A DNA stretch of 64,000 nucleotides, from contig OX597824.1 in the NCBI GenBank assembly GCA_951406725.2, positions 84,444,001 to 84,508,000 on the forward strand, read 5' to 3'. Positions 1 to 13,434 of this stretch are shown here, piece by piece. The DNA is from Octopus vulgaris (Eukaryota). Numbering within the stretch: the first letter of the stretch is position 1; each line of letters begins with the position of its first letter. The translations under genes and the position numbers were made by a program. The notes beneath the pieces are model-generated. The model made no database searches. It saw nothing but the letters and a program-made list of their open reading frames with translations, and was not told the origin of the DNA.

Positions 1-47
1 AGCCAGGCATGGCTCAAGAAAAAACAAACAACAAAACAATATATGTG

Positions 48-94
<47 letters not shown>

Positions 95-491
95 GTGTGT
101 GTGTATTCATAGAGTGTTTGAAGTGGTGTACAGATAATGTATATTGAGAAAAAGGCAGCAGTCAGAATTTTGGATAATCCTTTATTAGCGCTTTTGTTTG
201 CTTTTGGAACTGGTCAAGACAAAATCAAAATCAAAATCAAAATAGTAAAAACAGAACGTTTCATTGTTCTTTTATATGAATCATATGTTGTTTTTTTTTC
301 TTTTTGCTTTGTTTAAAAGAGTAGAATATTGCTTTTGTTTATTTTTGTTGGGGCGGGGGGGGGGGAGAAAAGCAAAGCAGGGGGTAGGGAATAGATAGAG
401 AGAGGTTTCAGAACAATCAAGAAAGAAGAGGAAAAAATAATAATAAAGAATGGGGAAAAATAGATAATTATATATATATATATATATATAT

Positions 492-576
<85 letters not shown>

Positions 577-1049
577 CAGATAGATTGATAGACAAACAGA
601 TAGATAGATAGAGAGAGAAAGAGAGAGAGAGGGGGAGAGAAGTTTCTTTTTAATTTGATGTGGTCAATTCATTGAAATTTCACTACAAAGCATTTTGCTT
701 TTTTCTTTCTTTCTCCTTTCTTTTTTTTGTCTTTCCATTGTATACCTATCAACATATTTGTAAATAAACACATTTTCTCTCAAAGGCTGGTGACCTTTCA
801 AAGATGTCAATTTTAGGAAGTAGGATAGAAGAAATAAGAAAAGGGTGAAGGGTTCGGTCATCACTGAGAAATAAAAGAGTTCAAAGTTCAAAGTCCTATG
901 AAAATGTATATTCTTCTACACTGTATAGCCAAGTCCCATATTCTGTATAATTCTATGTTTTGCATGAACAAACATTAAATATTTGTACAATATACACAAA
1001 TTAGGAAAATAAAGTCAAAATATAAAAAAAATAATTTGGTACTCTTTTT

Positions 1050-1254
1050 CTCTTTTTACTTGTTTCAGTCATTTTGACTGCGGCCATGCTGGAGCACCAC
1101 CTTTAATCGTGCAACTCGACCTCAGGACTTATTCTTTTGTAAGCCCAGTACTTATTCTATCGGTCTCTTTTTGCTGAACCGCTAAGTAACGGGGACATAA
1201 ACACACCAGCATCGGTTGTCAAGCAATGCCAGGGGGACAAACACAGACACACAA

Positions 1255-1297
<43 letters not shown>

Positions 1298-1455
1298 CGA
1301 CGGGCTTCTTTCAGTTTCCGTCTACCAAATCCACTCACAAGGCTTTGGTCGGCCCAAGGCTATAGTAGAAGACACTTGCCCAAGGTGCCACGCAGTGGGA
1401 CTGAACCCAGAACCATGTGGTTGGTAAACAAGCTACTTACCACATAGCCACTCCT
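1050..1455 (-). mobile_element. tRNA-derived SINE family A, full copy
   Basis: Head GGAGTGGCTGTGTGGTAAG...GGTTCAGTCCC (A/B-box-like), internal (TA)n/(TG)n, tail CAGCATGGCCGCAGTCAAATGACTGAAACAAGTAAAAGAG. Confidence 0.9.
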
Positions 1456-1598
1456 ATATAATTCATTCTATTCTCTATGTACATTTATTTAATCAAACCT
1501 CATAAATGAGTTTTGCATGTGTAAAAATATTATTTAAAAAATATTTTTTAAGTATCTTTCATCCTTTTGTAGGATTTCTTTTTCTTTTCCTTGCATAT

Positions 1599-1762
1599 TG
1601 GCGCAGGAGTGGCTGTATGGTAAGTAGCTTGCTAACCAACCACATGGTTCCGGGTTCAGTCCCACTGCGTGGTATCTTGGGCAAATGTCTTCTGCTATAG
1701 CCCCGGGCCGACCAATGCCTTGTGAGTGGATTTGGTAGACGGAAACTGAAAGAAGCCTGTCG

Positions 1763-1803
<41 letters not shown>

Positions 1804-2015
1804 TTGTGTGTCTGTGTTTGTTCCCCTAGCATTGCTTGACAACTGATGCTGGTATGTTTACGGTCCCCGTCACTTAGCGGTTCGGCAAAAAGAGACCAAT
1901 AGAATAAGTACTGGGCTTACAAAAAGAATAAGTCCCGGGGTCGAGTTGCTCAACTAAAGGCGGTGCTCCAGCATGGCCGCAGTCAAATGACTGAAACAAG
2001 TAAAAGAGTAAAAGA
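1599..2015 (+). mobile_element. tRNA-derived SINE family A, full copy (others near 17890-18275, 23690-24125, 25850-26230, 29080-29720, 30711-31010, 37362-37646, 37900-38285, 38690-39035, 43345-43860, 57858-58265, 62300-62685)
   Basis: Same head, body and tail repeated many times on both strands. Confidence 0.9.
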
Positions 2016-2599
2016 GAAATATTAAGTTTCACTGAAAGCAGACACCTCATAATTATTTCGCTCCTAGCATTCTCATTTTGCTGAATATTGTGTCTTTGGA
2101 TTCCCTTAGCTTTGCTTATTATCAACAGCTGTCCTGATAATACCTGGCACAGGTGTTCTCTTTTGAAGATAGGTCAATTCTGATAGATAAAAAAAAAACA
2201 CAAAAAAATCTTACTTTCTTCCTTTTCTCTTTCTATCTTTTCCCAGTATTTCTCCTTATTTCCCCCTTTCTTTGTTTTCCTCCTCTTCACCTTTCCTTCT
2301 ATTTCCTCCCATTTTCTTTCTGTCTTTCCCCTATTTTCTCTCTATTTCCTCCTCTTTTACATTCTTCTTTCATTCTATTTTCCTTTTTTTTTCTCATTAT
2401 CTCTTATTTTTCTTTTTATTTCTTTCTCTTTTTCCTTTCCCTTTCATTGTATTTTCTTCCATTTCTCTTTCTTTCTGTTTTCACTTCTGTGTTTTTTGTT
2501 CTTTCTTTTTCTTTCCATTCATTCTATATTTTTTTTTTTCCTATTTCCAAATTTTCTCTTTCTGAAGAACCCAAATAAATAAAATATAAACTAATAAAT

Positions 2600-2674
2600 A
2601 ACAGACAGACAGACAGTTAAATAGATAGATAGATAGACAGACAGACAGATAGATAGATAGACAGACAGATAGAG

Positions 2675-2735
<61 letters not shown>

Positions 2736-2772
2736 TAGAAGCAAATAGACAAATAAAGACAGACAGACAGAC

Positions 2773-2823
<51 letters not shown>

Positions 2824-2932
2824 AAGATAGATAGATAGATACAGAAGCAAATAGATAGACAGACAGATAAATAGACAGACAGACAGATAGATAGATAGAT
2901 AGATAGATAGGCAGATAGACAGACAGACAGAC

Positions 2933-2995
<63 letters not shown>

Positions 2996-2996
2996 C

Positions 2997-3062
<66 letters not shown>

Positions 3063-3083
3063 GCAGACAGACAGATAGATAGA
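2600..3083. repeat. (GATA/GACA)n compound microsatellite
   Basis: Direct inspection. Similar tracts at 494-610, 5960-6056 and 31878-32120. Confidence 0.98.
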
Positions 3084-3094
3084 GTAAATAAATG

Positions 3095-3740
3095 ATGTAA
3101 CTCGATAAGCTTGCGAGTGAAAGATATCATATGTTTCCGCGTAACCAATCCGTCGACCAACGATGCCTCCCCGTGTGCTGCTGCTATTCCATTTAGCAGG
3201 AGTGCTCCCGCCACCAGTGACATTTCTGCCAGAACTACTTCTTGTAACGAACCGACGTGAGAGAGAAGGAGTCACCCTGCCTACTCCTTTCTCTCTCACG
3301 CCTCTTTCCTATTAATCTCTGGATGTACTCGAACCACTGGATCAAAACGCCGCCACCTCTTCTCCTTTTTCTCCTATGTTGTTTGGTCGTTGGTAAGTTA
3401 ATGTACGAATTTTCAGTCACATCTTCACAATCCGTCCCCGTTCTTTGCTCGACTGTCAAAGCAGCAAAACGTTAAAAGCTTGTCACTTCGAATCGTCGGT
3501 GGTGTCGAAGTGGCCCTATAGACGGGGATCAGTATGTAATACTCGGAAAAACGGAAACCGATCCCTCACTTTATGACCATGTTTTCATTATTGTTCACTA
3601 TTATTATTGTTTTTTTTTCCCCCTGACATCTATAAGAATTTCAATTGTGATCGGCCAACCCGAAAGGTGCGTGTTTTATATGTTGGTCCATTCTTGCCGA
3701 TTTCCGAGACCCTCGCTGATATTTGAATACGATCATATAG
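3095..3740 (+). promoter_or_regulatory. CpG-enriched unique segment, likely promoter/5' UTR/first-exon region
   Basis: Visibly more CpG and GC than the flanks, not a recognisable repeat, and surrounds the candidate first exon. Confidence 0.4.
3323..3392 (+). CDS. Putative first coding exon of a host gene for a secreted or membrane protein (signal peptide MYSNHWIKTPPPLLLFLLCCLVV, phase-1 intron follows)
   Basis: ATG at 3323 with an upstream in-frame stop (3245), hydrophobic core LLLFLLCCLVV, and consensus donor G|GTAAGT at 3392/3393. Lies in non-repetitive CpG-rich sequence. No downstream exon identified. Confidence 0.5.
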
Positions 3741-4354
3741 TCAACCAGTTCATATACATACATTCATACATTCATACATACATACATACAGACATATGAT
3801 TTTTTAAATACGTCGATTTTTCTTGTTTTTTTCCCCCTATCTCTTTCATTTTTGCCTTCCAAGATAATTTGATTTGATTGCAGATATAGAAACGAGCGAA
3901 GAAAGATTCCAGCACAGAAATATTAAGATATAACTTTTATTGAAAGGCTCCGATGAGGAGAAGAAATTTCGCAAACCCCGCCACCACGGGCATTTTTTCT
4001 TTCTTTCTGTTTAAATTAAAACATTTGTCGTAAATTACATTTATTTCTCTAAGTAAAACATCATCTTCGTTATGATCACGATCATCATCATCATTAACAT
4101 TATCGTCAATGTATCTAGACTTCCTCTTCTAGGAATATATATGTCCATCTCTCCATCATTTACAAGTCTGTCTACAGATTCTCTGGTTGTATAAAACCAA
4201 CATTATTTATAACTAAATACTTATTGTAGAAAGGCAAGAGACCTGGCCTAATCTGGTTTGTACACGTATTTCTCTCTCTCTCTCTAGTATCATCCATCCA
4301 TCTCACATTCTTCAACTACTACACCTTATTTCCCACATTACCCGAGTCAACGAG

Positions 4355-4985
4355 GGACCGCCTACGTGGTAGATAGACCTGTTAGAAATTATATCCAGAT
4401 TTCCCTTCACTAAATCAAACCTTGCTGTCTTGAAAAAAGGACAACTGTGAACAGTGTATTTATAAATATACAAAACGATAGGTTAGTAACGAACATGTTT
4501 GATCATAGGCCTACTTAATGTCCTGTGGTTAAACAACAACGAGGGAGAACCTCTACGTAGTTAGTCATAGAAGAAATACCAGAGATTGCGGCCGAACCTC
4601 TTTCCTAATTCATATCCTACTGTCTTAAATAAAAAGGATACATTTAATACTGTAGTCCTAGGTACACAGTCTGTAATAAAAGATGACACGGTCGTGGTTG
4701 GAATGTCTTTGATCATAGAACTTCTAGATCAGAGCTGACCTGGGGCTAAACAGTAATAAAAATACCCCACTACATGAGCCATAAACGATGAAATCTCGAC
4801 TTGGACATTGAACCTGTTAGAAAAAACTCCAAATGTACCCCAAATCACACCTTATTGTCTTAGGGAAATGATACGCTGGGTACAGTAATTGCAGGTACCC
4901 TTAAAAAGGCGACCAAGTCACAGCTGGAACGTCTTTGATCATAGGACTATTTAATCAGGTTTGAATTGAAACTAAGCAACGACAA
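4355..4985 (+). repeat. Three diverged tandem copies (~200 bp) of an old interspersed repeat
   Basis: Each unit has TAGAA..ACCTT/CTACTGTCTT..TTTGATCATAG..TAAACAAC-like blocks. Relatives near 12595-12970 and 14990-15240. Confidence 0.7.
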
Positions 4986-5980
4986 CCACATACAATGTTC
5001 GCTCTTGTTTCAATTTTTTTTTTAGTTAATCACAAGAATTCAGGTAAAAAAAAATTCTACATAGGTGTGTATATGTGTATGTAAATATAAAGATAATTAA
5101 CGTATGTGTGTGTATTTATGTTATACATGTCAATTAGCTACAGGTTGGTCTTGATCGAGCAAACACCTATGATAATAAAAAAATAAAAAAATTTCAGCCC
5201 ATCTTTTAATTTCCGGACACCTTACGTTTGACATTAATGTGTCATTCCTTTTCCAAGAAACGGTGCTGCTATTCCAATCGGTCATTGACCTCGGAAGAGC
5301 CTCCATCATCGGCTCTTTGCACGTTTCTGCTTGTGTATCAGCATCTGTGTACGTACATACATTCATTCATACATACATACATAATTAATATAAAAATAAT
5401 TATAGGAAATAAAATGAATATCTCGTTTATTAGTTGGTCCGTTGCCATAGTGTTCCAGTTCCCGCAATTGCAAATACATCATCACATGGGGGTTTGTGTA
5501 TGTATATGTATACATACATATATACATACATACATATAATGTTCATATAATGTATATGTGCGTGTACGTGTTCGTGTATGTATGTATGTATGTATGTATG
5601 TATGTATGTATGTATGTATGTATGAATGTATGTATGTATGTATGTATGAATGTATGTATACATGCACAGATATGTGTGTGTACATCTATGTATGTGAGTG
5701 ATTATATAAGCATTAAGATTCTTCGATTTTATTGTATATCTTCAAGTCCGATTAGAATAAGAAAACATAACATTATCGATAATGACAGAATTCTTTCAAA
5801 CATGAGAAATCATGTCGAAAGATTTCTTGTCAAGAATGCTTTGTATCTTTGCAATTTTTTATGTTTCCTAGAACACAAGCCCGCACGCACGCACGTATTA
5901 TGTGTGTGTAGTGTGTTCTCATGTTGTACTTTTTTCATTTGTTTTGGCATGTGTGAATATCTATCTACCTAACTATCTAC

Positions 5981-6057
<77 letters not shown>

Positions 6058-6318
6058 GACCCCCCGACACTCACACACACACACAATTGCAGCGTGGAAG
6101 ATGTTTGTAAGCCATTCAAGAACACCCGAAAACCGTTAGTTTCACTTCACCATTTAATTTTCATTTGTGTCAATATATTTCCGTCTCTTTGAAACCGCGA
6201 CCTGTTCACTAACAAAAACTTGGCGCTACATAAAATCCAAGCTGTGTTGCAAGCACATCTGCTTATTCCAGTATTCCAATTCCTTATGTAGTTGTTATAT
6301 ATAAACCAAATCCCAAAA

Positions 6319-6373
<55 letters not shown>

Positions 6374-6621
6374 CAGACATACACTCACATACCCGGAGGT
6401 TTCATTCACATTCTCCATCCTTAAGTCGGTTGAGACATTCGAAGAAGAGGAAATTCGATGTTGATGAGCGACTCCTACAGACTCAGGCTTTGAATAAATG
6501 CCATTTCATTCTCTACCAAAGAACTTAAAGTTGTTTAATTGCATTTCATACATAACAGTGTACTGTCCGTGTCTGTTACGTACATTCATACGCGCACGCA
6601 TGCACACATACATAAAGAGAA

Positions 6622-6685
<64 letters not shown>

Positions 6686-7396
6686 GCATATCTTCAGTCT
6701 TTTCTTAGTGTAGTGGAATAACTCGGCATGTTTGAATGATTTCTGTAGACACACAGAGAAACAGTGCTTCGGTAGTGAATGTAATATTCTCTTACTACTG
6801 TATCCTGAATCTCCTGCTTTACCTCGTGGTAATACAATTCATTCATTCATTCATCCATCTCTCTCTCTATCTCTCTCTGTCCCTCTCTTTCTCTCTCTCA
6901 TATATGTATGTATGTATGTATATTTACATGAATGTGTGGATAGATTGATTGATTGGCTGCTATCGAAAATCGATGCGGAATTACGTCTCTTTATTGTTTG
7001 ATCCTTTAACCGTATTGCTGTTAAGTCGCAGTTTCGGCATGTATCCCCCGAAACACGTTTTTATGCATTAGGTAAGCTTGTCTGTGAACATACATACATA
7101 CATTTATATATATATATATATATATACACAGACACACACCTATATATATATCTATATCTACACATATACCTATATATATTTTTATACATATTTATTATTA
7201 TTCTTTTGCAAAAAACAATGCAACTTTTTTTCCCCTTTCTCATTTTTAAAAAACTTATTCACCTAACTATTCTTGATAAGTCAAACTATGACGAAAACCG
7301 GTTTGAATAGATATATATTTATATATTTTTTCATTTTCTCATTTCATTTAAATTTTCTTTCAATCGAGCATTCTGCATTTTTACAATTTTTCCTTG

Positions 7397-7450
<54 letters not shown>

Positions 7451-8006
7451 GAAATGGCCACACAATATAAAGGATTTAAGGCTTGGCATGATAAAGAAAA
7501 GTATATTACTGATATATGCACATTGTACATACGTACGTATATGTGTGTGTGTGTGTATAAGCACATATATACTGTTTACATCTGTAAAATTTTGTCCTTC
7601 TGAGACAGATATCTGGGAATGATAAAAAGAAATTCAAAATACCAGTAATATATTGATAAGTGTTTCCTCCTCTGTTCCCTATAAAACAGAATGTATGTTA
7701 GGAAATCATGGATTAAATTATCTTACGTTAATTTTCTCTTTCTTTTTTTCTTCTCTCTAAAACGGTGACAGTGAGATTTGCTGGATATTTTGGCTGTTAT
7801 TTCTAGCACGTTGAATGACCAGGTAGAATCTCCGTGTTAATTAGTACTGAGATGTATTTGTATATGGTATATGTGTGTGTAAAATAAAAGTCGGGAAATT
7901 TTCTTTCTTCCAATGACAATTTTTCCATCATAAATTCTTTTTCACTTACACATATATATCATCATCATCATGATCGTGATAACATTACAAATAAAAAAGA
8001 CATACA

Positions 8007-8048
<42 letters not shown>

Positions 8049-8049
<1 letters not shown>

Positions 8050-8675
8050 TCCCAAACAGTTGAAGGTATCAGGGGAGAGGTAGACCCAGGAAGACATGGG
8101 ATGAGGCAGTCAAGCTTGACCTCAGAGCGTTGGGCCTCACCGAGGCAATGGCGAAGGACCGAGATCTCTGGAGATATGCTGTGACTGCAAAGACCCGGGC
8201 TGCTTCCTGCATCAGTTCCGCATAGCCCCTGCCCATTCAAAGTACCCCGGATCCCAGATCGTCCTGCTGTGCTTGAGGAGACCTGTTGAGTCAAGTACAT
8301 GAACACTCCAAACACCCCTCCCCGCTGGTGCTCCCCTATATTTCTGCACCCCCCCCCCACACACACACATAAAAAAGCACCATCCGAACGTGGCCGATGC
8401 CAGCACCGCCCCGACTGGCTTCTGTGCAGGTGGCACATAAAAAGCACCAACCGACCGTGGCCGTTGCCAGACCCCTCTGGCACCTGTGCAGGTGGCACGT
8501 AAAAAGCACCCACTACACTCGCGGAGTGGTTGGCGTTAGGAAGGGCATCCAGCTGTAGAAACACTGCCAGACCAGACTGGAGCCTGGGGCAGCCCTGGCT
8601 CCCCAGACCCCGGTCGAAACCGTCCAACCTGTGCTAGCACGGAAAACGGACGTTAAACGATGATGATGATGATGA
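8049..8675 (+). mobile_element. 5'-truncated RTE copy (C-terminus + 3' UTR + (GAT)n tail)
   Basis: Encodes VEGIRGRGRPRKTWDEAVKLDLRALGLTEAMAKDRDLWRYAV, homologous to the 47.8 kb C-terminus. Flanked by (TA)n. Confidence 0.9.
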
Positions 8676-9278
8676 TATATATATACACACACACGCATAT
8701 ATATATATATATATATATGTTTAGGGCTCTGAGCAGGTCTTGCTATGACAGCTTTCTCTGTCATGATTAATGCAACAGTTACATGCTACACACCTTCCTA
8801 CTGAGCACTGCTGTACACAGCGGAAGTGAACTAGAACGTTAAAACTTAGTGTGCATGCACACCAGAGTTCAAGGTCAATCTTCGCCAAGTGGCTTCACGC
8901 TGCATGCTTTAGCTTTGTTAGTATGGCAACAGTCCTGTTATTGGGCAACTATTGTTGTCCACCTTCTTTCTTTTCTTCCCCTTTGTTTTCGAGGAGGTTA
9001 CCTCCTCCTCGACTTTTTCCTCCACCGAAATTCAGACAGTTCCAAGGTTTCTTTTGTACATGGCATTATTAAACAGCCACATATAGAACTTGAAACATAA
9101 AAATGTCAATTAATAAAAAAAATATAAACATTTTCAATTTGGAATAAGCATAGAACAATGTTTTATGGGGGAAGTGGGGTCTATTGACTTCTGTTATGCC
9201 TCTGTGTGTGTGTGAGACCACGTGTGTATCGTTGGCGATTTTCTTTCTCCGTCTTCCCTTCTTTGGACTTTTTCTATA

Positions 9279-9311
9279 TTTCTGATGAAGAGCTCCGCTC
9301 GAAACACGAAA
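9279..9311 (+). ncRNA. Degenerate minimal hammerhead, same family as 29388 (fragment ~9215-9380)
   Basis: UUU-CUGAUGA-A-GAGC-UCC-GCUC-GAAA, with the cleavage triplet mutated. Confidence 0.6.
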
Positions 9312-9934
9312 TCCTCTTGCTTTTCTTCCCTTACCTGAGTGTCCAATAACACTGTACTTATTCCATGTCCTTGCATTGTTATTATGCAAAAGTATTGTAA
9401 ATCTAAAACATTACTTTTTCAGAAAACAAAAAAAAATAGTTTCACCATTCCATAGCAAAACCGTTGTACTACACTTTGACAATTTTTGATATCTTGGCAT
9501 CTGAGGCAGCTGGAGATACAATAGTTTGACCAAATGAACCAACTATTGCAAGCAAAAATAAATACTCGAAAAAACAAATTTGGACCTAGGACAGTTTAAC
9601 GTAATAGCAACAATATATATATATACATATATGCCACATGTCAGATGCTAAATTGATAACAGATTTGAAATCAGTGGCCTTCTTCTAGTCTAGTTGCTCA
9701 AAAGCTACAAAGCCCAGACCACCTTATGAGTAAGTAGATGCTATTAGTGCACAAACTTGGTTTTATATCAGTTTTCCTTCTCTTAGATGGGTTGCCCTCA
9801 CCACCACTAAGGAGCCCCATCTTCCCCCATACATATTATATATAGATACATAAAAGAAATAAAAATATATGACAAGCAAAAATGCTAGTTCTAAAATCTC
9901 TGTAAGAGATCAACACAGTAGTTGTACTGACAAA

Positions 9935-10083
9935 TAACATTCATAGCCACTTTAACATGGCTGTCCGTTCGAGTGGACTCTACTGGGATTTTTTAAACCC
10001 AGAGGAGATGTCCTTTCAGGGTTAAAAAATCGCGGCTGAGTCCATTCGGACAGACACCCATGGGGAGGTGGCTATGAATGTTA
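9935..10083. mobile_element. Small fold-back MITE with TA ends
   Basis: TAACATTCATAGCCAC / GTGGCTATGAATGTTA terminal inverted repeat, plus internal complementary blocks (GAGTGGACTC/GAGTCCATTC; GATTTTTTAAACCC/GGGTTAAAAAATC). Confidence 0.75.
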
Positions 10084-11639
10084 CTTAAAAATATATGAGA
10101 TTTAAGAATATAAATAAGATATATAAAAGCAATATATACATATGTACACACATATGTATGTATACGTTTATGTATATATGTATATGCGTTTATGTTTGTC
10201 CCCCATCACTGCTTGACAACCAGTGTTGGTGTCTTTACATCTCTGTACCTCAGCAATTCGGCAAAACAGACCTATAGTATAATTACCAGATTTAAAAGAT
10301 AAGTACTGGAGTCCATTTGCTTGATTAAGTCTTCAAGACGGTGCTCCAGCATGACCGCAGTTCAGTGACTGAAACAAGTAAAAGGTAAAAATCAAAATAT
10401 ATGATATAAAATGTATATATATATATAAATCTCAGAGCGAGTTATAAACAGTAGCTACAACACATCATGGCGTATATTTGTGTCCTTCTGGGGCTACAAA
10501 CTACAGTAGCATCCACCCTTAGGGGTTAGCCATATTTAAATGGCAAATATACGTCACGCTATATATATATAAAAATTCGATAAGATACATGAGTTCTGTG
10601 TTGCATTTTAGTCAGGATGTAAAGCAAGACCCACGACTCTTCACAGCACATCACCAACTAGTTCCAGGTACAGAGGAAGGTATCTTTGTTTTATTTTGTT
10701 TTACATAATTTCCATTCTATAAACAAGATTTTTAAATGAGGCTGCAGTACATTCATTATGACCACATTGAAAGAAGCAGAGGTTTCGAAAACATTATCAT
10801 GGATACACAAGATATATATATATATATATATATATAGGCACAGGAGTGGCTATGTGGTAAGAAGCTTGTTTCCCAACCCCATGGTTCTGGGTTCAGTCCT
10901 ACTGCATGTCACCTTGGGCAAGTGCCTTCTACTATAGCCTCAGGCCAACCAAAGCCTCGTGAGTAGATTTGGTAAACAGAAACTGAAAGAAGGCCTTTGT
11001 GTGTGTGTATATATATATATATATATGTGTGTGTATATATGTATTTATGTGTCTGTGTTTGTCTGGTGGCACATAAAAAGCACCCACTACACTCTCGGAG
11101 TGGTTGGCACTAGGAAGGGCATCCAGCTGTAGAAACCTTGCAAATCAGATTGAAGCCTGGTGCAGCCTCCCCACCTGTCAGTTCTCAGTCAAACCATCCA
11201 ACCCATGCCAGCATGGAAAGTGGACATTAAACGATGATGATAATGACATGTGTGTGCATATATATATGTATATATATATATATACATTCACATATTTATG
11301 TGTGTATGTTTATGTGTATGTATATATATATATATATATAAACATATATACATTGGGCTTTCACACAGTTTCTGCCTACCAAATTCACTCCCAAAGTATT
11401 GGTCGATGCAGGGTTATCGTAGTAGACACTTGTCGAAAGTGCTGTGCCGAGGAACAGAACCTGAAGCCATCTGTTTGCAAATAATCGAACTTCTTAATCA
11501 CTCAGCCATGTGTACCGACGAAATATAATTAACGAGTCAAGAAAAATTAATTTTATTTTTAGAAAGTGTGTTGTCAACATGGAAAGTTTGGAAAAGTTTG
11601 GTGTGATTCTTACTAAAGATTTAGAAGACTAAAAAATTC

Positions 11640-11937
11640 ATCATCATCATCATCATCGTTTAACGTCCGCTTTCCATGCTAGCATGGGTTGGACGATTTT
11701 GACTGAGGGCTGGCGAACCAGATGGTTGCACCAGGCTCCAATCTTGATCTGACAGAGTTTCTACAGCTGGATGCCCTTCCTAACGCCAACCACTCCGAGA
11801 GTGTAGTGGGTGCTTTTTACGTGCCACCGGTACGGGGGCCAGTCAGGCGGCACTGGCAATGACCTCGCTTGAATCTTTTTACACATGCTACCGGCACAGG
11901 TGCCAGTAAGGCGACACTGGTAATGATCACGCTCGAA
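11640..11937 (-). mobile_element. RTE-tail short element (further copies near 11065-11243, 22295-22770, 27790-28110, 34085-34418, 44478-44690)
   Basis: Shared CACCCACTACACTCTCGGAGTGGTTGGCGTTAGGAAGGGCATCCAGC module and (GAT)n tail. Confidence 0.85.
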
Positions 11938-12980
11938 TAATAATAATAATAATAATAGGGTCTCAAATTTTGGCACAAGGCCAGCAATTTCAGAGGAGGA
12001 AGTCGATTACATCAATCCCAATGCTCAGATGGTACTTATTTGATTAACCCCAAAAGAATGCAAAGCAAAGTCAATAAGGTATTTTGTGAATTAAAAGAAA
12101 ATACTGTTATAGTTATGATTCCAATGTCCTTGGATAATAGTTGTTTTAGTGATTCATAAACTAGTTCTTTATCTCTCTCTTTCTCTGTCTTCCTCTTTTA
12201 CTCTTTCTCTCTCTCTAACTTATATCTTGTCTTTCCCTCTCTGCCATCTCTCCATTTCTTCTATTCTCTCTATCTATACCTCATTTTTCCCCCCTATCTC
12301 TCTGTACCTTTCTCAACACACATACATACACACCTTCTTTCTCTCTCTCCCTCCCTCACCTTTCATACACTAAGTGTCAGTCTATTATTTATTTAGTACC
12401 ACATCTAATGCATTGTCAACTTAGCTTTTAATCCCTTTTAGCCTTTGCCAATTCCTGGAATCTCTTGTTACTTACTCCACCTACACTCGATGGAAGCAAA
12501 GACTAATCATATCCTAGTAACAAAGACTAATCATATCCTGGAATACCCCGCCACCACTTTCTTTCAATCATCACTGCCACTGCCACCACCAGGAAGGAAC
12601 CTTTATGTGGTCATTTGACCAGCTAGAAATAGCAACTTAATCTCCTTCATATAGCGCCTCACCATCTTAAAAAAAAAGAAAGAGGGCTGTATTTGATAAT
12701 GCGATCCAAGATATTCGGTGCCTACAAGTAGAGTGTCGTGACTAGAACACCCTTCAGATTAGCTGTAATTCAATAGACTGAATTAGAGCTGACCCATACC
12801 TAAATAACTGTATTTACTTACACACACACATGCACGCATGCACACACACACACACACACACACACAGATTCTTTGGGGTTATTGTTTAGCCCCAGGCCTC
12901 TGACCATGATTCTTTCAACTATGACCATTCTGTCCTCTGAGGCACTGTGAGTATATCCAGGACTACATTATAATATATAC

Positions 12981-13022
<42 letters not shown>

Positions 13023-13125
13023 CACACACACAAATATATATTTTTATATATATATATATATTGATAAAAATGGTAAGACAACAAAAGAAAGGGACCTCGA
13101 TATTATGTAAATAGAGGAATTTATC

Positions 13126-13403
13126 TGTAAATGTAATATGTGATGATTATTCAGTAGCCATGATAAAACTCCGAGTTTCGGATGCCGAGGTGGAAATCCA
13201 TGCCACCATCTCTTCAGTTATCCGGCCATTACCAAATCCACTTATAAGTTTATAGTAGAGGACACTTGCCCAAGGTGCCATGTAATGGGATTGAACCCCA
13301 AACCATATAGTTGTGAAAAGATGGCGGCGTGGATTTCCACCTCGGCATCCAAAACTCGGAGTTTTATCATGGCTACCGAATAATTGTCACATATTACATT
13401 TAC

Positions 13404-13404
<1 letters not shown>
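13126..13404. repeat. ~85-90-bp inverted repeat around a SINE A fragment
   Basis: 13126-13216 vs ~13315-13404. Confidence 0.9.
13162..13222 (-). ncRNA. Type I hammerhead ribozyme motif
   Basis: GAUAA-CUGAAGA-GAUG...CAUCC-GAAA-CUCGGA-GUU-UUAUC, with quasi-palindromic helix III. Confidence 0.75.

Positions 13405-13434
<30 letters not shown>

Noticed and set aside
1599-1670. tRNA-like sequences at SINE heads as tRNA genes
   Set aside because: No complete cloverleaf, and they continue into repeated SINE bodies.
2153-2578. 141-aa Phe/Leu/Ser-rich ORF resembling a membrane protein
   Set aside because: Low-complexity polypyrimidine tract.
2541-3299. Long ORFs of 252 and 210 aa (SIYL repeats) and the many YI/CV/HT/poly-I/poly-H ORFs across the window
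   Set aside because: Translations of microsatellites that lack stop codons; no protein-like complexity.
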